Assembly (NCBI GenBank): GCA_964419605.1
Contig: CAYQQM010000001.1
Location: 51,620-115,619, forward strand
DNA from: an uncultured Kofleriaceae bacterium
Lineage (GTDB): Bacteria; Myxococcota_A; Polyangia; Haliangiales; Haliangiaceae
DNA: 64,000 bases
Reading direction: 5' to 3'
Of the stretch, positions 45,398-54,642 are shown in pieces. Positions within the stretch are counted from its first letter, which is position 1, and every line of letters begins with the position of its first letter. The position numbers and the translations under genes are program-made. The notes below the pieces were generated by a model. That model saw nothing but the letters and a program-made list of their open reading frames with translations. It had not been told where the DNA came from and made no database searches.

Positions 45398-48300
45398 GGT
45401 TTCATCTCGCTGGCCGCAAGCGCTGCGGCCGCTGCAGCGATCTGATCCAGTGCGGGGATGATTCCGATCCGCCCGTTGGGAAACCGTCGAACGCGAATTC
45501 CGCGCAGTTCAAACGCAAGCGCAACTGCGGCAGGGTCACCGCCCGGATCAATCACGCGGTAGCCGCCCAGCCCGAAGCTGTTGTACGCACCGAGCGAGCG
45601 TTCGAGCGCTGCCGAAGCCGTCGCGATATCGAGTTGGCGCGCCGCGCGGAGTTGGTGATGTTGTCGCACGAGTGAGAGTTCGTCGCCGTCCCACGTCGAA
45701 ATCAAGGTCAGCGGCGCAGACACAAACCACCGAGCAGCGACGTGGAGATAACCGGTTTGCCCGCCGCCCCACCATGTCAGGACGTCGGGCATCACCCCAG
45801 TTGCTGGCGACAGAAATGCGCCCTTGCCAGAACGGTAACTGTGCGTCGTGGTCTCTACTGCAATCAGCGGAAGGTCCAGCTCCGAACGCAACGTTGCAAG
45901 CTCCGCCAGGAAATCGGCTGGCAGGACCCACCCCGTGCGCTCTTGAACCAACTCATAGACAAATCCGATCACGTTGTCTCGCCCGGCGGTCTCGACTGCT
46001 GAGCGTAGTGCACGGATGGATTCGCCTGTTCCCGCCACGGCCGGATGGGGAATACGCGGCCAGGAAAAATACGCCGGTCCGCCGCGATGCGTGTCCGGAT
46101 CGCTCAGCGACCGCGTCGCGGCGACGGTGTGGCCGTAATATCCCCCCGTGAGCCCGATCGCGACCGTCGCCGATTTGCGAGTGAAGCGAACGAGGCGCAG
46201 TGCTTTGTCCACCGATTCATCGCGGCTCGACGTCAGGTACAGGTGCGGCAACTCTGGCACCAACGAGCTCACCCACTCGATGGCGCGAATCGCAGCGGGT
46301 GTGGCGTAGTTCATCAGCGTGATCTTGTTGACCGCAGGCCCGAACAGCGCACCATGTGCCTCTGCAGCGACGAGAGAATCCGGCCCTGTCGCAAACGGTT
46401 TGGATAATCCCGAGGCGAGGTCGAGGCGAAAATTACCGCTGCTGACTCTCCGCGCGCACGACTCGCGCTTTGCATCCGGATCGGGCTGATAGGGTCCGAG
46501 TGGAATGCGGTAGTACATCGCTTGACCTTCCGGATCTGCGTGTTGCCCCGTCATGACTTGGACCACATGCGCGCCAAAGGCGCGGTTCTTGTGCGTCAGC
46601 GCCGAAGCGCTGCGACCGATTCGATTGCGACCACTGACGTAGCGATAGCGCGATTCGCCGGTTTCGGTTTTGCGCGATGCGGCATCGCGAAGCTGCAGTT
46701 CCTTGAGGCGTCGGCCCACCCCCATGCCTCGATAGTCCGAGGCAACGGTAATTGCCGCAGAGTACATCGTGTTTCGACGTCCGAGCATCGGATCTGCGCT
46801 ACAGCCATCGACGTCGCGATGGGATTCAAGCGCCCCACCGACGGCAACGCCGACCAGCTTCCAACGATCAGGCGATGTGGACACCGTCGACGTTGCGGAG
46901 CCGCTCGGACCCTCAGCGACCGTTTGCGATGAAGCCTGTGCTTCGCAGATGACGAGTGAACCTTCCCGATCCGCAATCGCAGCGCGAATCTCAGCGACCG
47001 GCGTGCGATGGGTTAGAGTGTAGACCTGAGATTCCATGTCGATAATCTGCTGCAGATATGCGGTCGCTTCCTCGCGCGGCACCTGGCGATATCGCAGTGT
47101 GGGTGGCGTCGGCAGCTCCGGGGGAGCAGCGTTGTCATCTTCCCACGATGGAGGTTGTTTGCCCTGATGCGCATCGAGCCAAGACAGCGATCTTCGAATC
47201 GCTTCAAACAGCTGATCGACCTCTCTGGAATGGTACGAATCGCTCAGGCGATATCGCGCGGTCCTGGTGCCCGCCCCAAATACGACCGCGCCGCGCCAAA
47301 ACCGTTGGCCGAGAAATGCATCGAGGAGCGCTGACGTTGGTAGGTCAAACGCAAACGCGTAGCCCGTCGATCTCGGAAATTGCACGAGGTGCGGATAGGA
47401 CGAGGCGATGGCGGCGAGCCGGGGCGCAACGAGCTTCTCGAGCCGCTCGGCGTGGCGGTTGGCGGCGACCATCTCAGCGTGAATTCGACCCCGCACCAAG
47501 GAGGCGCATTGAACGGATGCCGGTTCCGGGTCAGCAAATCGCGACATCACCACGCCGACCTGTGCGCGTTTCGCAAACGTGACGGCGTCTGGGGCATCCT
47601 GCTGGCCTCGAGGGGTGAGCAATCGAAACTTCGAGTGCCATGCAAACGGACCACCTAAGCCGAATCCGACCTGAACCTCATCGAAAACCAACAGGGTCTT
47701 GTGGAACCGCGTCAGAAGGCGCAATGCGCGAAAAAACCGCTCGGTTGCGTACCGGTCGCCACCCTCGCACTGCATCGGCTCGACGATGCAGCAGAAGTAG
47801 GTACCGGTCGCTAAGGCATCGTGCACCGCAGACAATGCGTGCACCTCAGCAGCGAGCAGTGCATCGCTTCGGCTCCGAGTTCCTGAGCCCCCCCCCCGGG
47901 GGACTTCCTGCGCAGCGCCGCTTTCTTTAGACCCCGAGCGGGTCATGCTGGATCCGCCGAATCGGTCCTTCAAGTGTCCGATTTCGCCCGCAGCGATGGC
48001 CGCGTAAAAACCGTTCGGTGCCGTCGGTTGTTCAAGATGGGGGGTATCCCACACCGGAAACGGAGCGAACGTGCATTCGTAACCCGCCAACTCAAAGGGC
48101 TTTCGCTTCGTCGGCGAGTGCGTAGCATGAAGCGCGAGCAGAGTTCGGCCGTGAAAACTGCCTTCAAAGGCCAGCACCCTGGTGGCAGCTGGGCGATCGC
48201 AGTTCATACGACACAGCGCCATCGCTTTTTCATTGGCCTCTGCGCCGCTAGACACAAATGCCACATGGGGCAGTCCCGGAACCAGCTTGCGCAAAGCGGT

Positions 48301-50181
48301 CGCGTACTCGCTAGCTGCCCACGCGTCGTCCAGCGCCGTGTCGTCATTGCTGATCAGCGTGTCGGCAAACTCGCCCTCGGTGTAACTGCGAACCACGGCA
48401 TCTTCGGCGAATCCCCCGACCACGGTTGCGGTTTGGCTCATTCCGTCGAGCACGGACAGCGGCTCGGCGTCGACCGAAACCATCCACGGCCCCGCACTGC
48501 GCAAGTGATCAAACACCAGCGGCTTTTTGTCTTTGGGAACGCGGTCACCAGCGTACAACCGCTGCAGCCACGCCTCGCTCCCGGGAAGCGATCCAGCCGC
48601 CGGCCGGAGTAACGCCATCGGGCGCGGTCGGTCGAGCAAACTGCGAGCCGCTTCGGCGGATTCCTCCGCCTCGTGTTGCGCTTCGAGGCGGTCGAGATCG
48701 ATGCTGGGCAGGAGCGCGGCAAGCTGGACATGCGGCGTTACCGCACCAAAGGCATTGTCGAGTACGGCGACCGGGTAGGTCACATTGCGATGTGCCCACG
48801 CGCCCGCAGGTCGGTAGTTGCCACTGGTGCCAACCCCGCCAAACGGCAACTTTGGACTGGCGAAATTGGTCGAGCGATTGCGATTGAGCATTCCCGATCG
48901 GGTCCGAGCAAAAAACGGTTCAAAACGCGACTGGGTGAACACGGAGTTCACAAAGCCAAACGGACTCGCCGCCAGAATCGCGATCGCTTCATCGTCGTCT
49001 TCGACCACTTCAACGCAAAGATTCGGACCGAACAGTTCGACATCGGTATACCCGGGCACCTCGTGAACGCCGCTGGCCAGCCGATGTAGCGACGCGGTGC
49101 GAAACGCTCCGCCCGGCAGCGCGCGGCTCGGCACCACTACTTCGGCCCCTGCCCGCTCTGCCATGCCGAGGCACGCATCGACCTTGGCCGCTGCCGTCAT
49201 CGTGGACAGCGGGCCGGCAAACACGGCTGGATCCTCCGGCGAACCAAACTTCAGCGACCGCACGCAGTCTGCAAGCGCAGCCACAAACGCGTCCGCAATC
49301 TTGCGGTGGACGAGCACCCGATCCGTCGCTGTGCAGCGCTGCCCCGCACTGATATATCCACCGATGACGACTTCGTGAACGGCTTGTCGCAGCGCGCAGT
49401 CGTCCAACACCACGCACATGTTCTTGCCACCCATTTCGAGGGCGATCAGTAGCTCGGGTCGATCCACAGCCGCCGCCAAAATCCTCTGGCCGACTGCCCA
49501 GCTCCCAGTAAAACACAGCCCATGCAGCTGCGGAGCGCGCACCATCGCGGCGCCTACCTCTCCGGTCCCTGCGACGACGTTGAGCGTGCCCGGAGGCAAT
49601 TCCGCGGCTGCTGCCGCCTCGGCGTACCGCTGACCGCACAACGGGGTGATGTCGCTGGGCTTCACGACCACCGTGTTGCCCGCTGCCAGCGCCGGAATGA
49701 CGTGCGCGTGGCACAGATGCAGTGGGAAGTTGAACGGCCCAATGACCCCCACGACCCCCAACGGGGCATAGCGCAGCGTTTCGCCGGGCGCTACCGGACC
49801 CGACTTTTGGTCGGCGGCCATGGCCGCACGGACCAGGTCGAACCGGTTTAGCAAGGTCGAGATCTCCGCCTTGGCCTCGCTTCGAATTTTTCCAGTTTCC
49901 CATACGATGGCATCGGCGAGCGCGTCGGCGCGAGCCGCAATCGCCTGCTTAAAGCGGCTTAGATGCTCCCAGCGCTCCGACAGCGACCGCGCTCTCCACG
50001 CTGGCTGCGCCGCGGCTGCGGCGAGAGCGGCGTCGTGCACAGCTTCCACCGTATAACCGGTTTCAAAGACCACCGCCCCATCCGCCGCCGGATTGCGCGA
50101 AACCAGAGCCTTTCCGGTGGGCGGAACAAACTGACCGCCGATGAAGTTGCCCAACGCCTGCATAAACATTGAGTAAACCAT
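45394..50181 (-). CDS. Four-domain fusion: aldehyde dehydrogenase, lysine-6-aminotransferase-like class-III aminotransferase, GNAT acetyltransferase, and a degenerate class-III aminotransferase-like domain
   Basis: ALDH motifs: GPFNFPL, ALEMGGKN, GQRCTA. LAT-like motifs: VSSGAEANEKA, FHGRT, LVFDEVQVGFGLGG, VTFAKRAQV. GNAT: YRGMGVGRRL. The C-terminal AT-like domain lacks the DEVQ and Lys motifs. The start is uncertain, with candidate ATGs at 50181, 50169 and 50163; the track ORF begins at 50274. Confidence 0.8.
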   Translation of the reverse strand: MVYSMFMQALGNFIGGQFVPPTGKALVSRNPAADGAVVFETGYTVEAVHDAALAAAAAQPAWRARSLSERWEHLSRFKQAIAARADALADAIVWETGKIRSEAKAEISTLLNRFDLVRAAMAADQKSGPVAPGETLRYAPLGVVGVIGPFNFPLHLCHAHVIPALAAGNTVVVKPSDITPLCGQRYAEAAAAAELPPGTLNVVAGTGEVGAAMVRAPQLHGLCFTGSWAVGQRILAAAVDRPELLIALEMGGKNMCVVLDDCALRQAVHEVVIGGYISAGQRCTATDRVLVHRKIADAFVAALADCVRSLKFGSPEDPAVFAGPLSTMTAAAKVDACLGMAERAGAEVVVPSRALPGGAFRTASLHRLASGVHEVPGYTDVELFGPNLCVEVVEDDDEAIAILAASPFGFVNSVFTQSRFEPFFARTRSGMLNRNRSTNFASPKLPFGGVGTSGNYRPAGAWAHRNVTYPVAVLDNAFGAVTPHVQLAALLPSIDLDRLEAQHEAEESAEAARSLLDRPRPMALLRPAAGSLPGSEAWLQRLYAGDRVPKDKKPLVFDHLRSAGPWMVSVDAEPLSVLDGMSQTATVVGGFAEDAVVRSYTEGEFADTLISNDDTALDDAWAASEYATALRKLVPGLPHVAFVSSGAEANEKAMALCRMNCDRPAATRVLAFEGSFHGRTLLALHATHSPTKRKPFELAGYECTFAPFPVWDTPHLEQPTAPNGFYAAIAAGEIGHLKDRFGGSSMTRSGSKESGAAQEVPRGGGSGTRSRSDALLAAEVHALSAVHDALATGTYFCCIVEPMQCEGGDRYATERFFRALRLLTRFHKTLLVFDEVQVGFGLGGPFAWHSKFRLLTPRGQQDAPDAVTFAKRAQVGVVMSRFADPEPASVQCASLVRGRIHAEMVAANRHAERLEKLVAPRLAAIASSYPHLVQFPRSTGYAFAFDLPTSALLDAFLGQRFWRGAVVFGAGTRTARYRLSDSYHSREVDQLFEAIRRSLSWLDAHQGKQPPSWEDDNAAPPELPTPPTLRYRQVPREEATAYLQQIIDMESQVYTLTHRTPVAEIRAAIADREGSLVICEAQASSQTVAEGPSGSATSTVSTSPDRWKLVGVAVGGALESHRDVDGCSADPMLGRRNTMYSAAITVASDYRGMGVGRRLKELQLRDAASRKTETGESRYRYVSGRNRIGRSASALTHKNRAFGAHVVQVMTGQHADPEGQAMYYRIPLGPYQPDPDAKRESCARRVSSGNFRLDLASGLSKPFATGPDSLVAAEAHGALFGPAVNKITLMNYATPAAIRAIEWVSSLVPELPHLYLTSSRDESVDKALRLVRFTRKSATVAIGLTGGYYGHTVAATRSLSDPDTHRGGPAYFSWPRIPHPAVAGTGESIRALRSAVETAGRDNVIGFVYELVQERTGWVLPADFLAELATLRSELDLPLIAVETTTHSYRSGKGAFLSPATGVMPDVLTWWGGGQTGYLHVAARWFVSAPLTLISTWDGDELSLVRQHHQLRAARQLDIATASAALERSLGAYNSFGLGGYRVIDPGGDPAAVALAFELRGIRVRRFPNGRIGIIPALDQIAAAAAALAASEMKP

Positions 50182-50242
50182 AAGTACCCACGGCTGTGTC
50201 GCGTCACCACGGACACGAGGCATCGTGGTAATAACGTTACTG

Positions 50243-52024
50243 ATGCCGTCTCTGCAGTTTCTGGCTGGTCCCATCGCAGGACGGCGGTATTCCCTCGCCG
50301 AGGGCGATTACGTCATCGGCCGACGCGCCGACTGCCAGATTTTCGTACCCGACATGCGGGTTTCGCGGCAGCACGCCCGACTGTGGCGCACGGGCGAGAC
50401 GTGGTCCCTAGAAGACCTGGGATCCAACAACGGGACGTACATCAACGGAATAAAGGTTCAGTCGTCGATACAGCTGAAGCACGACGACGAGATCGCAATT
50501 GCCAACAACCGGATCCGGGTCGAACTGGCCGACAAGTCCAGCGACGGCAGCAGGGCGCCAGATCCGCATTTGGTCACGATCGTCAATGTGCCTTCGCAGT
50601 CGCTGATCCGATCCCGCGATGACTCGCTCGGCGCAATGCCGATCGTGAGCTCGAGTATGGTCAGCATCACCGATCCCAAGGCGGTTCGGCTGATCGAGCG
50701 CAAACTCGATGCGCTGATCCGCATTCTGCACGCGACCGCGTCTTCCGGCTCGGCCAATGCGTTACTCGAAAAGCTCGTCGAGGCTCTCCTCGATGTATTT
50801 CCGCTCGCAGAAGACGTTGGTGTGCTCGTTGAGGAAGAGCGAACCAACGAGCTCCGCGTGCAATGTCAGCGCCATCGCCGGCAGCGCGGCAACTTTGAGC
50901 CGGGCTCGGTCGATAGCGCTGTCGACGGCCAGCTGCGCGTGCCTGGCACCATCATCGAGCACGTCGTCTCCGATCGCCGGGGTGTGCTGCTGGGCGAAGG
51001 CTCAGACAACGACGAAGCGATCGGGGCCCGTATGGGAGCGCCGCTCATTTACGCTGGGTCGCACTACGGCGTGGTCTACGTTGAGGCAGCACAGCAGATG
51101 TTTCGCCAGGAAGATGTCGACCTTTTGCAAGCCATTGCAACCCAAGCAGGCCTCGCGATTCACGCAACGCGAGTCGCGGCTCAGCTCGCAACGCGCGAGC
51201 GACTTGAACGAGATTTGCGCGTTGCTCGTCAAATCCAGCGTTCGCTACTGCCACCCGACGTGCCGCAAGTCGTCGGATTGGACTTCGCCGTCCACTACGA
51301 GCCCGCCTACCAAATCGGCGGCGATTTTTACGATTTCATCTGGCACGATCCGTCGCACCTCGGCCTCGCTGTCGGCGACGTAGCGGGCAAGGCGATCAGC
51401 GCCGCGCTGTACATGGCGCGGCTGACGTCGGAGTTGCGGTCTCGTGCTGCGATCGCGCGCACACCCGCGCGGCTGCTGAGGCGGGTCAACCAAGAAATCG
51501 CACGCCTCGGCGACGACGGCATGTTCGCCACGCTGGTCTACTGCATTTACGACCTCGACACGCGGACCCTGGTATTCACCAACGCTGGGCACTGCGTGCC
51601 GCTGTTGCGGCGAGGCGACCGTGTGTTTCCGCTGCAGGCGGAGCGCGCGCATACCCCTCCACTTGGAGTGGTGCCCGAACTCGAAGCCGGCGAGGCGCGC
51701 GTCCAACTTCATACGGGCGACGTTTTGATCATCGTTTCGGATGGAATCATCGAGTCGCGTGATGCCAACGGCAACGAATACGGTGTCCACCGACTTTCTC
51801 GACGGATCCGCACGGCTCGTGGCTCGGCGCAGGACATCATTAAGGCGATTTTGGCCGATATCGATGCCCACGCCCATGACCAACATGAACAAGGTGACGA
51901 CATGACCATCGTTGCGATGGCGATCGAGTCGCGGCGCGCCAAGCGCAAGACCACCACGATTCCGGGAGTCAATCCGGAAGATAGCGGCACGTCGCTAACC
52001 CCCGACGAAGAAGAGTCCGACTGA
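50243..52024 (+). CDS. FHA-GAF-PP2C (SpoIIE-type) phosphatase
   Basis: FHA: IGRRADCQIFVPDMRVSRQHARL...LGSNNGTYINGIKV. The central region is GAF-like. PP2C: ARQIQRSLLPP...GGDFYDF...GDVAGKAISAAL...TNAGH...SDGIIE...DDMTIV. Confidence 0.85.
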   Translation: MPSLQFLAGPIAGRRYSLAEGDYVIGRRADCQIFVPDMRVSRQHARLWRTGETWSLEDLGSNNGTYINGIKVQSSIQLKHDDEIAIANNRIRVELADKSSDGSRAPDPHLVTIVNVPSQSLIRSRDDSLGAMPIVSSSMVSITDPKAVRLIERKLDALIRILHATASSGSANALLEKLVEALLDVFPLAEDVGVLVEEERTNELRVQCQRHRRQRGNFEPGSVDSAVDGQLRVPGTIIEHVVSDRRGVLLGEGSDNDEAIGARMGAPLIYAGSHYGVVYVEAAQQMFRQEDVDLLQAIATQAGLAIHATRVAAQLATRERLERDLRVARQIQRSLLPPDVPQVVGLDFAVHYEPAYQIGGDFYDFIWHDPSHLGLAVGDVAGKAISAALYMARLTSELRSRAAIARTPARLLRRVNQEIARLGDDGMFATLVYCIYDLDTRTLVFTNAGHCVPLLRRGDRVFPLQAERAHTPPLGVVPELEAGEARVQLHTGDVLIIVSDGIIESRDANGNEYGVHRLSRRIRTARGSAQDIIKAILADIDAHAHDQHEQGDDMTIVAMAIESRRAKRKTTTIPGVNPEDSGTSLTPDEEESD

Positions 52025-52055
52025 GATTGTAGCGATACGAGCTCGCCGCAAGGCA

Positions 52056-52098
52056 TCAACACAATGCGTTGACAGCTGATAGGGTTGTTGACGATAGT
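52056..52098 (+). promoter_or_regulatory. Candidate promoter/operator upstream of the PTS genes
   Basis: Imperfect palindrome TCAACAC-AAT-GCGTTGA (52056-52072) overlapping a TTGACA hexamer (52069-52074). GATAGT lies 18 nt downstream (52093-52098). This is speculative. Confidence 0.25.
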
Positions 52099-52109
52099 CC
52101 CGCCTCTAC

Positions 52110-54635
52110 ATGACGGCTGAATTCAGTTTGCTGGCGCCTGTCGATGGAGTTGCGGTGCCAATCGAGGATCTTCCGGATCCGGTCTTCGCACAGAAGATGA
52201 TTGGCGACGGAATCTCGATCGATCCAACTTCCGGCAAGTTGTTCGCCCCGTGCGCCGCCACGGTCACGCAGGTTCATCGCGCCAACCACGCAATCACCCT
52301 CAAAACCGACGATGGATTGGCGATTCTGATCCACATTGGTCTCGATACCGTCACACTCGGCGGCCGCGGGTTTCGCGTATTGGTGTCCGAGGGGACCCGG
52401 GTGGCAGCACGACAGCAACTGGTGGAGTTTGACCTCGACGTGATCGCTTCGGCGAAGAGCGCTGTCACGGAAATGGTCATTACCGAGGGCGCAGAGCGGC
52501 TATCGTTCAAGCGCACAACGGGCATTGTAGCGGCCGGAACCGATGAGGTGATCCGGATTAGCGCGCGGTCCGCTAGCGCATCCGCTCCGACAGCTAGCGC
52601 CGCAACGCATAGCGTGTCGGTAACGATCCGCAATCCAAATGGACTGCACGCGCGACCCGCGGCGCGAATTGTCCAGTGCGCTCGCGGTTTCGACGCAAGA
52701 CTCGTGTTGATCAAAGCGAACCGGACTGCGCAGGCAACGTCGGTGACCGAAATTATGGAGCTCGATCTCGCGTTCGGAGACGAGGTACGCATCGATGCAT
52801 CGGGCCCCAGTGCGCAGCAAGCCGCAGATGCCCTCAAGGCGCTCGTGGATAGCGGCTTGGGCGAAGCGGATTCGCCTCCGCAGCCAACCCCGGCAGAAAA
52901 GCGGTTTGTGTCATCGGATCCGCGCCGCATTGGTGGCGTTCCGGCTGCCGGAGGCATCGCGCTGGGTAGAATTTTTGTCAAAGCTCCAACAACACTCCCC
53001 GATTTTCCCGCAACAAGCGATACCCCGAAGCAAGAGTGCGAGCGCCTCGATGCTGCCCTGCGGCAGGTATTGGAAGCCCTCGCCGACGAACGCGATGCGT
53101 CTCAACTGCGCGCAGAAACCGAAAAAGCGGAAATCTTTTCGGCCCACGTCGAGCTTTTGAGCGACGCTGGATTCCGCAGCGAAACGATCAACGCCATCGA
53201 AAACGGCGCGTCTGTGCCCGCGGCATGGCGAGCCGTGATCGATGCTCGCGTCGAGCGCTTGGGCAATCTTAAGAGCTCGCTCATGCGACAGCGCCGCGAC
53301 GACCTCAAAGACGTTGGACAACGCGTTCTGTTCGCTCTGCTCAACGTCCGCCCCCAGTCGCTTCCGGTCGCGAGCGATACCGTGATCTTGGCAGAAGAAC
53401 TCACTCCGTCGGATGTCGCGAACTTAGAAAAGGCGAACGTGGCCGCCATCGTGAGCGCACAAGGCGGATCAACGTCGCACGCCGCGATTATCGCTCGCGC
53501 GAAAGCCATCCCGTATGTGGCGGGAATTGGCGAAGCGTGGATGCAGATCAAGACGGGCACATCCGTCTGTGTAGATGGCGATCAGGGATTTCTGCAACTC
53601 GAGCCCAGCCGCGAGGAAGTGACGACGATCGAGCAGGTCATCCGCGATCGACAGACCGCGGAAGTCACTCGACTCGCAGCCGCCCAGCAGCCGGTACGTA
53701 CCAGGGATGGACACCGGGTCGAAATCGCCGCCAATATCGGAAACCGACGCGAAGCCCAGGGCGCCGTCGACCAAGGGGCCGATGGCGTGGGACTGTTGCG
53801 CTCGGAGTTTCTGTTCCTCAGCCGCCGGCGTGCACCGACCGAGGACGAACAGGGCTGCGAGTTTGAGGAAATTGGCAAAATCCTGGGGCCTAAGCGCCCG
53901 CTGGTCGTACGCACTCTGGACGTTGGCGGCGACAAACCGCTCGCGTATATGCCGGTGGAACCGGAAGAAAATCCGTTTTTGGGTATCCGCGGACTCCGGC
54001 TGTCGCTCCGCTACCCCGACCTGTTTTCATCGCAGATCCGCGCCATCCTACGTGCCGCGGCGCACACCCGCTTGCACATCATGTTTCCCATGGTGGCGAA
54101 GCGCGACGAATTTTTGCGGGCCAAAGAGCTCGTGCTCGCCGAAGCAAAATCCATCCAGAACGCGAATATTGCACTTGGCGTGATGATCGAGGTGCCCTCC
54201 GCCGCCCTGATGGCGGATGTGCTGGCCAAAGAGGTCGATTTCTTTTCGATTGGTACTAACGACCTGACGCAATACACATTGGCGATGGACCGCGGCCACG
54301 CAGAATTGGCCGCGGAAGCGGACGCACTGGATCCTTCTGTGCTGCGCCTGATTAAAATGACGGCCGACGCCGGGCAGGCCGCGAAGAAATGGGTCGGAGT
54401 GTGTGGTGGACTCGCCGCGGAAACCGTAGCCGTTCCGTTGCTCATCGGGCTCGGCATCGAAGAGCTCAGCGCCCCTTCCCCATCGATCCCGACCCTCAAG
54501 GCAGCGGTACGCGATCTATCGCTTGCCGACTGCAGACTGTTGGCAGAGAAGGCACTAGCAGCCCCGGGCAGTCGCGAAGTGCGCAGTCTCCTCAAAGAGT
54601 TTCAGCCCAAAGCAACGTCGCACGACAAGAACTGA
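52110..54635 (+). CDS. PTS multiphosphoryl transfer protein: EIIA(Glc-type)-HPr-Enzyme I fusion
   Basis: EIIA: [18 protein letters not shown]...[22 protein letters not shown]. HPr: [16 protein letters not shown]: [32 protein letters not shown]. Confidence 0.9.
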   Translation: MTAEFSLLAPVDGVAVPIEDLPDPVFAQKMIGDGISIDPTSGKLFAPCAATVTQVHRANHAITLKTDDGLAILIHIGLDTVTLGGRGFRVLVSEGTRVAARQQLVEFDLDVIASAKSAVTEMVITEGAERLSFKRTTGIVAAGTDEVIRISARSASASAPTASAATHSVSVTIRNPNGLHARPAARIVQCARGFDARLVLIKANRTAQATSVTEIMELDLAFGDEVRIDASGPSAQQAADALKALVDSGLGEADSPPQPTPAEKRFVSSDPRRIGGVPAAGGIALGRIFVKAPTTLPDFPATSDTPKQECERLDAALRQVLEALADERDASQLRAETEKAEIFSAHVELLSDAGFRSETINAIENGASVPAAWRAVIDARVERLGNLKSSLMRQRRDDLKDVGQRVLFALLNVRPQSLPVASDTVILAEELTPSDVANLEKANVAAIVSAQGGSTSHAAIIARAKAIPYVAGIGEAWMQIKTGTSVCVDGDQGFLQLEPSREEVTTIEQVIRDRQTAEVTRLAAAQQPVRTRDGHRVEIAANIGNRREAQGAVDQGADGVGLLRSEFLFLSRRRAPTEDEQGCEFEEIGKILGPKRPLVVRTLDVGGDKPLAYMPVEPEENPFLGIRGLRLSLRYPDLFSSQIRAILRAAAHTRLHIMFPMVAKRDEFLRAKELVLAEAKSIQNANIALGVMIEVPSAALMADVLAKEVDFFSIGTNDLTQYTLAMDRGHAELAAEADALDPSVLRLIKMTADAGQAAKKWVGVCGGLAAETVAVPLLIGLGIEELSAPSPSIPTLKAAVRDLSLADCRLLAEKALAAPGSREVRSLLKEFQPKATSHDKN

Positions 54636-54642
54636 GGTGAAC

